Below are positions 17,123 through 26,793 of a stretch of DNA of 64,000 bases, one piece after another. Source of the stretch: Acidobacteriota bacterium (GTDB lineage: Bacteria; Acidobacteriota; Thermoanaerobaculia; Thermoanaerobaculales; Sulfomarinibacteraceae); the NCBI GenBank assembly GCA_022340775.1, contig JAJDNH010000073.1:12519-76518 (forward strand). The letters run 5' to 3'. Both the position numbers and the translations under genes were made by a program. Under the pieces are notes generated by a model, which had not been told where the DNA came from, searched no databases, and saw only the letters and a list, made by a program, of their open reading frames with translations. How positions within the stretch are numbered: the stretch's first letter is position 1; the number at the start of each line of letters is the position of its first letter.

Positions 17123-18877
17123 TCACCAGATCAACGGGATCAGAAGAGCCGCAGTGGCGAGAACCAGGAGCTTGAGTGGCAGGCCGAAGCGCACGAAGTC
17201 ACGTACCCGGTAGCCGCCAGCTCCGCTGATCATCACGTTCCCGTGGTAGCCAAACGGCGTCAGGAAGCTCGTGGAGGCACCGACGGCAACCGCCACGGCG
17301 GCCCCATGCAGGCTCACGCCTCCATGAGTCGCGACCGTCGCCGCCACCGGAAACACGAGTGCCGCCGCGGCGGGGTTGTCCAGGACCTCGGTCAGCAGAG
17401 CGGTCACCAGGAGCACGGCCGTGATCAGCACGGCGGAACCGAGGTGGCTCGGTGAGTGCAGCAGAACCCTCACGACGGTGGCTGCCAGGCCGCTGTCGGC
17501 GAGCGCATGCCCCATACCGATCGAGGCCGCGATCATGACCAGCGTCGGCCAGTGGACCGCAGCCCAGACGTCGGCTGGGCGCAGCCTGCCCAGCGCCACC
17601 AGTAGGAGAACGCCGAGGACGACGGCCGCAAGCAGCGGCAGCAGCCCAAGAGCGACCGCACCAACGACCGCCGCCAGCACCGCCGGCTCGAGCCAGTCCC
17701 ACCGGGTGACCGCCGTCGGCACCCGGCCGAGCGTCGACACCAGGTAGAAGTCGCGCGCGTACCGCCAACGCTCGAGAAAGCTGGAGCCCGCAGCGACCAG
17801 CAACGTGTCTCCCGGCCGTACCACGATGTCGCCGATCTTCTGCCTCAGGTGCTCCCCGTGCCGGTGGACGGCCAGGACCACGGCGTCGTACCTGCCTCGA
17901 AAGCCGGTCTCGCGAATGTTGCGGCCCACGACCGGTGACGAGGGAGATACCACAACCTCGGCGAGGTGAAACCCGTCCGCGGTGCCCCACGCACCATCGC
18001 CCCCCTCATCCACCGGCTGCAATCCGGCCTCAGCCGCGAGCTCAGCGATCCGGTCGACCCTGCCGACGAAGGCCAACACGTCGCCACCCATCAGCAGCTC
18101 GGTTGGCTCGGCGGGCCCATGGAGGCGGCCGTCGCGCTCGACACCGGCCAGGTAGAGGTCCTTGAGATGCCTCAGACTGCCGATGGTCTGACCGGCCAGC
18201 GGCCCGTTCGGAGCAACCCGGAGCCAGCCGAGGTACTCGCGCGGGTTGGCGTCCAACTCCCCCAATGGGTCCTGGTGGTCGGGGAGGAGGTGCGGCCCCG
18301 CAACCGCAAGGTAAAGCACCCCTACAACCACGACCGGAAGCCCCACCGCTGCGATCTCGAACAGCCCCAGACCGGCGTCTCCGTGCTGGATCAAGAGCCC
18401 GTTGACGACCAGATTGGAGGCGGTTCCGATCAGAGTCAGCAGCCCGCCCAGCGTGGCGGCGAAGCCGAGCGGCATCATGAGAGTGGAGATTCCGCGTCGG
18501 TGCCGCCTCCCCCACGACCGCACCGCCGGCATCAGGACCGCGATCACGGTGGCGTTGGACAAGAAGGCGGACAGTAGCGCCACCGGGGCCAGCCCGCGCA
18601 GCCCGAGGCGTTCCCCGCCGTCCCCGAACAAGAGGCCCGAAAACCAGCGCAGCCAGGGGCTTCTCTCCAGCGCTCCGACGAGAATGAACAGCAGGCCGAT
18701 GATGAGAACTGCCGGATTCGCGAAGCCGGCCAGAGCTCGCTCTGGTGACAGCACACCGGCCAGTAGCAGGATGCCGACGCCGCCGCCAAGCGCGAACGTC
18801 GGGTCCACGCGATCGCTGGCCGACGCGATCACGACGACCGCCAGAACCGCCAGTGTCAGCCACCCAGCAATCGTCAT
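17123..18877 (-). CDS. SLC13-family permease with two TrkA-C domains (likely sulfate-related)
   Basis: SAFLSNATVIA, TLIGTASNL, TrkA-C repeats (SPVVGRNIRETGFR...VLAVHRHG), SFLTPFGYHGN; directly downstream of sat-cysC. Confidence 0.88.
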   Translation of the reverse strand: MTIAGWLTLAVLAVVVIASASDRVDPTFALGGGVGILLLAGVLSPERALAGFANPAVLIIGLLFILVGALERSPWLRWFSGLLFGDGGERLGLRGLAPVALLSAFLSNATVIAVLMPAVRSWGRRHRRGISTLMMPLGFAATLGGLLTLIGTASNLVVNGLLIQHGDAGLGLFEIAAVGLPVVVVGVLYLAVAGPHLLPDHQDPLGELDANPREYLGWLRVAPNGPLAGQTIGSLRHLKDLYLAGVERDGRLHGPAEPTELLMGGDVLAFVGRVDRIAELAAEAGLQPVDEGGDGAWGTADGFHLAEVVVSPSSPVVGRNIRETGFRGRYDAVVLAVHRHGEHLRQKIGDIVVRPGDTLLVAAGSSFLERWRYARDFYLVSTLGRVPTAVTRWDWLEPAVLAAVVGAVALGLLPLLAAVVLGVLLLVALGRLRPADVWAAVHWPTLVMIAASIGMGHALADSGLAATVVRVLLHSPSHLGSAVLITAVLLVTALLTEVLDNPAAAALVFPVAATVATHGGVSLHGAAVAVAVGASTSFLTPFGYHGNVMISGAGGYRVRDFVRFGLPLKLLVLATAALLIPLIW

Positions 18878-18885
18878 GTGGTCTG

Positions 18886-20616
18886 TCAGCCGCCGCCGTT
18901 GGCGCCGACATAGCCTTCCCGTTCGAGGTGGAGGATCACAGCCTGGGCGGCCTCTTCAGGGCTAAGGTCGCTGGTATCGAGCACAATCTCGGCATCCTTG
19001 GGTGTCTCGTACGGATCCGATATCCCGGTGAACTCCTTGATGATCCCGGCCCTGGCCTTGGCGTAAAGGCCCTTGCGGTCACGCTTCTCGCACACCCCGA
19101 GCGGCGTCGCAACATGGACGAGCACGAACCCACCGACGGGCTCGATCATGCTCCGCACCTCCTTGCGAACGGAGCTATAGGGCGCAATGGGCGCACAGAT
19201 CGCGATGCCGCCGTTCTTGGTAATCTCGGAGGCAACGAAGCCAATTCGCTTGATGTTGATGTCGCGGTGCTCCTTGGAGAAGCCAAGCTCCGATGACAGA
19301 TGGCGGCGAACGATATCTCCGTCGAGCAGCGTGACCGGACGCCCGCCCATCTCAAGGAACTTCACCAGCAGAACGTTGGCAACGGTTGACTTACCCGCCC
19401 CTGACAGACCAGTGAAGAACACCGTTAGACCCTGTCGGTGACGCGGGGGATGGCGGAGGCGCAACTCACGCTCGACCTCGGGGTAGGTGAACCAGGACGG
19501 AATACCCCGCCCCTCGGCGAGCCGGCGTCGTAGCTGGGTGCCCGAGATGGTCAGCGTGCGGGCCCCCTCCGGAACCTCGTCGGCTGACAGGTAGCGGTCA
19601 TGATCCTCGACGTAGACCATGGTCCCCACTGGGACGACGCCGATCCCGATCTCCTGTGCGTGATGGCGTAGCATCTCCTGGGCCTCGAACGTTCCGTAAA
19701 ACGGCTGGCCGGCGGCGTCACGCCCCGGCCCGGCGTGGTCGCGGCCAACTACCAGATGGCTGCAGCCATAGTTCTTGCGGATGATGGCGTGCCAGAGCGC
19801 TTCGCGCGGCCCAGCCATGCGCATCGCCAGCGGTAGCAGGGCGAGCTTGACAGTGTGGCGTGGGTACCGCGGCAGCAACGCCTGGTAGCACCGGACCCGC
19901 GTGTAGTGGTCGACATCGCCCGGCTTTGTCATCCCAACGACCGGATGCAGGAGAAGGTTGGCCTCCGCGTTCTTGGCCGCTCTCAGGGTGAGCTCGTGGT
20001 GAGCCCGGTGCATCGGGTTCCGGGTCTGGAAACCTACGACTTTCCGCCAGCCGAGGCGGACAAGCTCGGAACGCAGCTCCCGCGGCGTCAGCCGCAAGGT
20101 CATGAAGTCGTAATGCGCAGGCAGATGCACACCCTCGACCCGCCCACCCACGTACCAGCCGTGCGCCTGGCGGCGAAGGTAGGCGACGCCGGGGTGGTCC
20201 ATGCTCGTGGTACCAAACACACCCGCCGCCTCGGCTTCTCCGTCCGGCCTCCACACGTCCTCAACGTGCAGGACGGCGAGCATCACGCCCTCCGGATCCC
20301 GCAAGGCCAACGTGGAGCCGGGCTCGAGCTCCGTGGCCAGGGCCTCGTCGATGTCGAGTGTGATCGGGATCGGCCACAGCGTCCCGTCCGTGAGCCTCAT
20401 GTCGGAGACGACTGAGTCGTAGTCGGCGCGGCGAAGGAATCCACGGAGGGGTGAAAAGCCGCCGTTCAGGAGCAGCTCCAGGTCACACAGCTGACGTGGT
20501 TCGAGGTCCCAGGAGGGCCAGTCCCGCGAGGCCTCGTGAAGCTCCCGTCGCCGGCCTTCGGACACCACCAGATCGACAAGCTGCCCGCCATACGGCGGAT
20601 TGAGGTGATCCGACAC
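18886..20616 (-). CDS. sat: Bifunctional sulfate adenylyltransferase / adenylylsulfate kinase
   Basis: FQTRNPMHRAH, GRDHAG in the ATP sulfurylase domain; C-terminal APS kinase with GLSGAGKST, LDGD, EFTGISDPYE. Confidence 0.95.
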   Translation of the reverse strand: MSDHLNPPYGGQLVDLVVSEGRRRELHEASRDWPSWDLEPRQLCDLELLLNGGFSPLRGFLRRADYDSVVSDMRLTDGTLWPIPITLDIDEALATELEPGSTLALRDPEGVMLAVLHVEDVWRPDGEAEAAGVFGTTSMDHPGVAYLRRQAHGWYVGGRVEGVHLPAHYDFMTLRLTPRELRSELVRLGWRKVVGFQTRNPMHRAHHELTLRAAKNAEANLLLHPVVGMTKPGDVDHYTRVRCYQALLPRYPRHTVKLALLPLAMRMAGPREALWHAIIRKNYGCSHLVVGRDHAGPGRDAAGQPFYGTFEAQEMLRHHAQEIGIGVVPVGTMVYVEDHDRYLSADEVPEGARTLTISGTQLRRRLAEGRGIPSWFTYPEVERELRLRHPPRHRQGLTVFFTGLSGAGKSTVANVLLVKFLEMGGRPVTLLDGDIVRRHLSSELGFSKEHRDINIKRIGFVASEITKNGGIAICAPIAPYSSVRKEVRSMIEPVGGFVLVHVATPLGVCEKRDRKGLYAKARAGIIKEFTGISDPYETPKDAEIVLDTSDLSPEEAAQAVILHLEREGYVGANGGG

Positions 20617-20828
20617 CCTGCTCCCCCCTTTCCCTGCGTCGCGCCCGGTCTGCTACAGGGCGCAAGAGCCTCCCACGGTCCGGCTCGGCACCCGGCAATG
20701 TCTTCTGATCCGGGCCCACAGGGTACACGAGCCGGGGGTCGTTCTCCCCTGTGAGGACAGTCACACACTTGATGGTGCTCCCCGCATAAAGTGTGGAGGT
20801 CCACGTTCGTCAACGAAAGAGGACAAGC

Positions 20829-22433
20829 ATGACAGCTTCAGCAAGGCACCGCAGGCTCCTTGCGACCATCGCGTTCACGGCTGTTCTTGTCGGCCCACTG
20901 ATACCTGTGACCAGCTCGGCTCAAGAAGGCACCGCGCCACGGTCGGCGGCATGGACACATGCCACCTTCGGTGATGTGCCATTCAGCTCACAGATATGGC
21001 AAGCCGTCGAATCGCTCAGCGCAGCCGGTCTGACGGCTGGCTGCAGGTCGACGCCGTTCCCCAGGTACTGTCCACAGTCGGTGATGAGTCGCGCCGAAAT
21101 GGCGGTCTTCCTGCTGCGGGGCATCCACGGCGCGGCATACGGACCACCTTCGGCAACCGGCAACGTTTTTGCTGACGTCGCTGCTGACTCCTGGGCCGCA
21201 GCCTGGATCGAGGAACTCTCGGCGGAGGAGGTCACCGCCGGTTGTGATACGACACCGCCTCGCTTCTGCCCCACTGCATCGGTGAACCGTGCGCAGATGG
21301 CCGTGTTCCTGCTGAAAGCAATCCACGGAGTCTCGTACACGCCGCCTCCCGCATCCGGAACCGTCTTCGCCGATGTCGATGCTGACTCCTGGGGCGCTGC
21401 CTGGATCGAGGAGTTCTTCGCAGAAAGTCTGACCGCAGGCTGCGCCACGGCGCCACTTCGCTTCTGTCCCTCGGCTGCCGTAACCCGCGCTCAGATGTCG
21501 GTCTTCCTGGTCGCGGCGTTCGGTATCCCATTGGTCGAACCCCCGACCACCCCGACCCTCGGTCCGTGCCTCGTACTCCCGGAGACCAGCATCTGGAACA
21601 CACGAGTCGACACCTTGCCCGTCGATGCACAATCCCCCGCGTACATCGCAACGATCGGCACGGGAACTGGCCTCCACGCGGACTTCGGATCCGGAACCTG
21701 GGAAGGAGGGCCGATCGGTATACCGTTCGTGACGGTACCCGGCACTCAGGCTCCGGTCGACATCACCTTCGACTACGCTGACGAGAGCGACCCCGGCCCG
21801 TACCCGATCCCTGACAACGCCCCGATCGAAGGGGGGCCCGACAGCACCGGCGACCGCCATGTCCTCGTCCTCGACTTCGATCGCTGTCTGCTGTACGAAA
21901 CATGGAATAGCTGGCCCCAGGCCGATGGGAGCTGGCACGCCGGGTCCGGCGCCGTCTTCGACCTGACGTCGAACGCTCTCCGCCCGGCCGGCTGGACATC
22001 TGCCGATGCTGCCGGCCTACCGATCCTCCCCGGGTTGGTCCGCTATGACGAGGTGGCATCGGGAACGATCCGACACGCAATCCGGTTTACGGCCGCTCTG
22101 ACGAGGCGGGCCTATGTTTGGCCAGCCCGACACTTCGCGTCCTCGAGCGACGATCCGGCACGGCCGCCCATGGGCCAGCGGTTCCGTCTGAAAGCCAACT
22201 TCGACATCTCCCCTTTCCCGGCTCACGTGCAGGTGATCCTACAGGCGATGAAGGAGTACGGGATCATTCTGGCCGACAACGGCAGTAACTGGTTCATCAG
22301 CGGCGTCCCCGATGCCCGCTGGGACAATTCGGAGCTCCAGAGTCTGTCCGGTGTTCACGGCAGCGACTTCGAGGCGGTTGATGCGTCTGGCCTGATGCTG
22401 AATCCCGATTCAGGCGAGGCCGGTTCACCCTGA
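20829..22433 (+). CDS. Secreted protein with three SLH-like repeats and a C-terminal domain of unknown function
   Basis: Signal peptide (RRLLATIAFTAVLVG...SSA-Q), three F.DV...TAGC...(Y/F)CP...RA.M.VFL repeats, then about 290 aa Gly/Pro/Asp-rich globular domain. Confidence 0.75.
   Translation: MTASARHRRLLATIAFTAVLVGPLIPVTSSAQEGTAPRSAAWTHATFGDVPFSSQIWQAVESLSAAGLTAGCRSTPFPRYCPQSVMSRAEMAVFLLRGIHGAAYGPPSATGNVFADVAADSWAAAWIEELSAEEVTAGCDTTPPRFCPTASVNRAQMAVFLLKAIHGVSYTPPPASGTVFADVDADSWGAAWIEEFFAESLTAGCATAPLRFCPSAAVTRAQMSVFLVAAFGIPLVEPPTTPTLGPCLVLPETSIWNTRVDTLPVDAQSPAYIATIGTGTGLHADFGSGTWEGGPIGIPFVTVPGTQAPVDITFDYADESDPGPYPIPDNAPIEGGPDSTGDRHVLVLDFDRCLLYETWNSWPQADGSWHAGSGAVFDLTSNALRPAGWTSADAAGLPILPGLVRYDEVASGTIRHAIRFTAALTRRAYVWPARHFASSSDDPARPPMGQRFRLKANFDISPFPAHVQVILQAMKEYGIILADNGSNWFISGVPDARWDNSELQSLSGVHGSDFEAVDASGLMLNPDSGEAGSP
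20967..21524 (+). repeat. Three tandem SLH-like protein repeats, each with a Cys pair
   Basis: TAGCRSTPFPRYCP / TAGCDTTPPRFCP / TAGCATAPLRFCP. Confidence 0.85.
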
Positions 22434-22540
22434 CTTCCAGCGGCTGAGTGGCGCTCCGCACGAACGAACGAGGCGCGGGCCGCCGAAGTCTCTAGTCCTC
22501 GACCTCATCCCAGAGCGCCCCGGAAGGGAGAAGGGCCCCG

Positions 22541-23737
22541 CTACTCAACCGTGGCCGCGATGGCGCGCCCGATTGAGATCGATGCCGTTGCCGCCGGCGA
22601 CGGAGCGTTGAGCACGTGCACCATCTGCGGCGCGCGCTCGATGCGAAAGTCGTCGAGCAACGCTCCGTCGCGACCCAGCGCTTGCGCGCGTACGCCGGCC
22701 CCGCCACGACGCACCTGGTCAAATCTGATCTCCGGCACCAGCCGCTGGATCGAGCGCACGAAGGCGGACCTGCTCAGCGACCGCCACTGCTCGGCAAAGG
22801 CCATCTTCCAGTAGCGCCGGGCCAAGCGCCAAAACCCCGGGTAGGAGATCGTCGCCAGAGCGTCTCTCAGAGAGAAGCTGGCCCGCGAGTAGCCCTCTCG
22901 CCGCAGTGCCAGGACCGCGTTCGGCCCCGCCTCCACGCCGCCGCCGATCATCCTCGTCAGGTGTACGCCGAGAAACGGGAAGCTGGGATCAGGGACAGGA
23001 TAGATGAGGTTGCGAACCAACTGCGCCGCATCGGGCGTCAGGTCGCAGTACTCCCCCCGAAACGGGACGATCCGGACGCCGGGCCGCAGGCCACACAGCC
23101 GGGCTACGCGATCACTCTGCAGGCCCGAGCAGTTCACGAGAAAGCGGGTTCTCACGGCTCCCGCCGTCGTCTCCACCACCAGCTCCGAGGCGCGACGTTG
23201 TACTCCCGTGACACGGGCGTGGAGCCGAATCTCGCCACCCCGTTCGCGGACCACAGTGCCGAACGCCTCGGTCACCCCTGTGTAGTCGACGATGCCGGTC
23301 TGTGGAACCCAGAGACCGCCGACGCCCGCTGCGTGTGGCTCCAACTCGGTGAGCTCGCCGGTGCGCAGCCGACGGATACCGTCGAGGCCGTTCGCGCGGC
23401 CCCGCCGTTCAAGCTCATCGAGGGCGGGAATCTGCTCACGGCTGGTGGCCACCACCAGCTTGCCGCACACCTCATAGGGCACGTCGTGACGATCGCAAAA
23501 CTCGAGAAGAGCCGTGCGACCCGCCACACAGTTGCGAGCCTTGAGGGATCCCGGGCGGTAGTAGAGACCGGAGTGGATGACACCGCTGTTGTGTCCCGTC
23601 TGGTGCGCGGCGAGCCGCCCCTCCGATTCCACCACACACACCGAGGTGCGCCCGCCTTCCAGCAGTGCCATTGCGGTCGAGACGCCCACGATTCCGCCCC
23701 CGACGACCACCACGTCCCACGCTGGAGCATCACTCAC
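22541..23737 (-). CDS. lhgO: L-2-hydroxyglutarate oxidase
   Basis: VVVGGGIVG, HQTGHNSGVIHSGLYYRPGS, IYPVPDPSFPFLGVHLT, GVRAQA, HVLNAPSPAATAS. Confidence 0.93.
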   Translation of the reverse strand: MSDAPAWDVVVVGGGIVGVSTAMALLEGGRTSVCVVESEGRLAAHQTGHNSGVIHSGLYYRPGSLKARNCVAGRTALLEFCDRHDVPYEVCGKLVVATSREQIPALDELERRGRANGLDGIRRLRTGELTELEPHAAGVGGLWVPQTGIVDYTGVTEAFGTVVRERGGEIRLHARVTGVQRRASELVVETTAGAVRTRFLVNCSGLQSDRVARLCGLRPGVRIVPFRGEYCDLTPDAAQLVRNLIYPVPDPSFPFLGVHLTRMIGGGVEAGPNAVLALRREGYSRASFSLRDALATISYPGFWRLARRYWKMAFAEQWRSLSRSAFVRSIQRLVPEIRFDQVRRGGAGVRAQALGRDGALLDDFRIERAPQMVHVLNAPSPAATASISIGRAIAATVE

Positions 23738-23897
23738 CGCGCACCTCCTACCGTCTGGTGAGTACCGGCCGGCACATTGTGCTCCGGTCGATCGGCCCCC
23801 TCAAGCGCGGCGGTTGACCAAGCGCCAGCCGCTCGAAGCCCTTTCCTCGCTGATGAAGGGCTACTGGCTCCGCAGTTCCGGCCGTCGCGCCGCAGGT

Positions 23898-24695
23898 TCA
23901 CTCACCTGGGATCTGGCTTGCCGGCATCCCCAGGGCGACCGCCAGCTCGCGGAGCTTGGTCTTGACGCGACGGACGTTGTCCGGTCCCATCCGCAGCAGG
24001 TGCCGTTGTGCATCGCTCAGAGCCTCGAGCTTGGGATCGGCATACCTGTAGGTGATCACCTTCTCCTCGAGTGGAGCATCCGGCGGCACCTCTGGGGTTC
24101 GAAGTAGCTCCGCAATGGCATCGTAGAGTGTTTGTTGGAAGGTCTCTCCGGGACGTGCAATCTCACCGAATGCCTGATCCGTAAGCGGCCGGAGCTCCTG
24201 GAGGACCTGGACGGCGCCCTGCGTATCGATGGAGGAGAACACCCCCGCCGCAAGGTTGTATCGCCGGTAACTGCGGGGGTCTGTAATCAGCTCCCCGTTC
24301 TTATTCTCCACCTTGAAGGGACTCTGCGGCCGCATGAAGGCCAGGTGGGTACGCGGGCTCTTGCCGTGAGCGATGTTGTAGACGGACGCCACGAAACGGC
24401 GCACCAGGTCTTCATGTGCGAGCCAGGCTACGAGCTTGGGGTTTTGGGAAAGCCCCGCCACCAGCTGCCGTACCGCAACGTCGCTGGTGTTCAGCGTCAC
24501 GCCTTCGGGCAGGGCGCCCACACCCGGTGTTTCCTCCGGCGTTGGTGACGGTACCGCGGTTGGCGTCGTCAATCCCGCTTCAGACCCGGCACCGCCCGCC
24601 CCCGTGCAGCCTCGGCTCAGAAGAAAGCCCACGATCACCGCAGCAATGACTACCACGGCACCGACGACCCACCACGTCCGCCCTCTCGAGCCCAT
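23898..24695 (-). CDS. DUF3014-like membrane-anchored protein
   Basis: N-terminal TM, P/T linker, LVRRFVASV, SYRRYN, YRYADPKLEALSDAQRHLLRMGPDN. Confidence 0.8.
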   Translation of the reverse strand: MGSRGRTWWVVGAVVVIAAVIVGFLLSRGCTGAGGAGSEAGLTTPTAVPSPTPEETPGVGALPEGVTLNTSDVAVRQLVAGLSQNPKLVAWLAHEDLVRRFVASVYNIAHGKSPRTHLAFMRPQSPFKVENKNGELITDPRSYRRYNLAAGVFSSIDTQGAVQVLQELRPLTDQAFGEIARPGETFQQTLYDAIAELLRTPEVPPDAPLEEKVITYRYADPKLEALSDAQRHLLRMGPDNVRRVKTKLRELAVALGMPASQIPGE

Positions 24696-24867
24696 GATGC
24701 CTCCTCAGTTCCCGCTCACTCGAGGTACCATCTCAGGGATGCGGGACTCCAAATCACAGCTTACCGTGTTTCCTCGGAGTGCGCACGGTGAGAACTCAAG
24801 CTGTTGACCACTGCCGCGACGATCGGAGAATCGCCGGTCACCGGAGCTCGACGGTGGATGACCCGGG

Positions 24868-25542
24868 CTACGAAGGGTCCGAGACCATCGAGGTCAGCCC
24901 GGCAAGAATCCCTTCCTGCACGGCATCGATGGCATCGTTACCATCGACAACGATGTAGCTCGGGGCACCGGGGGCCCCCACTTCCCCGAGGCCCCGGTAG
25001 TAGCCGGCAAGAACCTCCGTCTGTTGGTGGTAGGTTTCGAGCCGTCTGCGGACCGTTTCCTCCTGGTCATCTTCCCGCTGAATCAGCGCGTCCCCGGTTT
25101 CGTCGTCGCGGCCCGCCACCTTTGGCGGGTTGAAGACGACGTGGTAGGTCCTGCCGGAGGAGGGATGAACCCGGCGCCCGCTCATGCGGCGTACAATCTC
25201 ATTATCGGGCACCTGAATCTCGATAACAGCGTCGATGGCGATTGCCGCTGCGCGCGTTGCCTCGGCCTGCTCGAGGGTACGCGGAAAGCCGTCGAACAAA
25301 AAGCCGTTTGCGCAGTCTTCACGACCCACACGATCGCGTACCAGGCCGATGATCAGGTCATCCGGAACGAGCGCGCCGGCGGCCATGATGCTCTTGGCCT
25401 TGAGCCCCATCTCGGTTCCCTCTGCGACGGCGCTGCGCAGCATGTCACCGGTCGAGATCTGGGGAATGCCAAAGTGCTTGCAGAGAAACGCGGCCTGGGT
25501 GCCTTTGCCCGCGCCGGGCGGTCCTAGGAGAATGAGTCTCAT
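24868..25542 (-). CDS. adk: Adenylate kinase
   Basis: [42 protein letters not shown]...REDD; AGGAGG SD. Confidence 0.98.
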   Translation of the reverse strand: MRLILLGPPGAGKGTQAAFLCKHFGIPQISTGDMLRSAVAEGTEMGLKAKSIMAAGALVPDDLIIGLVRDRVGREDCANGFLFDGFPRTLEQAEATRAAAIAIDAVIEIQVPDNEIVRRMSGRRVHPSSGRTYHVVFNPPKVAGRDDETGDALIQREDDQEETVRRRLETYHQQTEVLAGYYRGLGEVGAPGAPSYIVVDGNDAIDAVQEGILAGLTSMVSDPS

Positions 25543-25741
25543 GAGTCCTCCTTCACAACAATGAACGGTCTCAGGCACCCCCCGCCCGTGGCACCTGCCT
25601 CATGATACTCGGGCCCGACACGGAGGCAACCCCCCGGCCCTGATGGCTCGGTTCGCCACACCAGAATCGTCCCGCCGCGTACGCCGCCCGTGAACCGCAC
25701 GGGAGAGGATCGGGTAGACTCCACAGGTTGGGGGGACAGGA

Positions 25742-26740
25742 GTGAGCTTCAAGGAGAAGGACATTGCAGTTGCCGCCGTCGCCGAGGGCTGTCGCATCGC
25801 GCGCCGGGCCCAGGCCGACATTGCGGCATCCGGCGAACGCGTCCTCAAGGGCGATCGCTCGCCGGTTACCATCGCTGATCTCGCGGTCCAAGCGGTGATC
25901 ACTTCCCGTCTCATGGAAGCCGGCGCCACGATCTCGCTGATGGCCGAGGAGGACACCACCCCCTTCGCGGCTCCCAACGGAGACGACGTTGAACGTAGAG
26001 CGTGGCTGCTGGCGAAGGGCGCAGCTCCGGAGCTTGATCAAGCCACCTTGCGTGACATGCTTAGGCTCGGGTCCTGGGCCGGCGGAGAGAAGGGTCGAGG
26101 CTGGGTCCTGGACCCGATCGACGGCACCAAGGGCTTCTTGCGCGGTGACCAGTACGCCATCGCGCTCGCCCTGCTGGAGCACGGCCGCGTCCGGCTCGGG
26201 ATCGTCGGCTGTCCCAACCTCCCCCAGCGCCCGGGGGATCCGATGAGCCCGGTCGGCTGCCTGTTCGTCGCCGAGCGAGGCGCCGGTGCCGTCCAGTTGC
26301 CGGTTGACGGTGGAGAGGCCGTGAGCATCCGGGTGGACGACATCGTCGACCCCGCTGCAGGCTCATTCTGTGAGTCGGTGGAGTCTGCCCACTCCTCCCA
26401 CGGGGCCACGGCGTGGGTGGCTGCGCGGCTCGGCATCACTGCCCCTCCTTACCGCGTCGACGGACAGACCAAGTACGCCATCGTGGCCCGCGGCGAGGCC
26501 TCCGTCTACCTGCGCCTGCCGACACGCATCGGCTACAGGGAGAAGGTCTGGGACCATGCCGCCGGATCGTTGCTCGTCGAGGAGGCCGGCGGCCTCGTGT
26601 CCCATGTGAATGGGGATCCTCTCGACTTCCGTGCCGGCAGGACCCTGCCCAACCCGACCGGCATTGTCGTCACCAACGCCGCCCTCCACGACTCGGTTCT
26701 CGCCGCCATAAGGCAGGAGCCCTCTGGTGCTGTTGGGTAG
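25742..26740 (+). CDS. 3'(2'),5'-bisphosphate nucleotidase, HAL2/SAL1-type (PAP phosphatase)
   Basis: SPVTIADLAVQA, AEED, WVLDPIDGTKGFLRGDQYAIALAL, FCESVESAHSSH, YREKVWDHAAG. Confidence 0.88.
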   Translation: MSFKEKDIAVAAVAEGCRIARRAQADIAASGERVLKGDRSPVTIADLAVQAVITSRLMEAGATISLMAEEDTTPFAAPNGDDVERRAWLLAKGAAPELDQATLRDMLRLGSWAGGEKGRGWVLDPIDGTKGFLRGDQYAIALALLEHGRVRLGIVGCPNLPQRPGDPMSPVGCLFVAERGAGAVQLPVDGGEAVSIRVDDIVDPAAGSFCESVESAHSSHGATAWVAARLGITAPPYRVDGQTKYAIVARGEASVYLRLPTRIGYREKVWDHAAGSLLVEEAGGLVSHVNGDPLDFRAGRTLPNPTGIVVTNAALHDSVLAAIRQEPSGAVG

Positions 26741-26793
26741 CCGGCTGTACGGCGACATCAAGGTATACTGGGACTGCACGTGGAGGCGATACC

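Noticed and set aside
26413-26793. N-terminal extension of the 26413-27594 ORF
   Set aside because: Overlaps the PAP phosphatase in another frame; SD and -10 support ATG 26794
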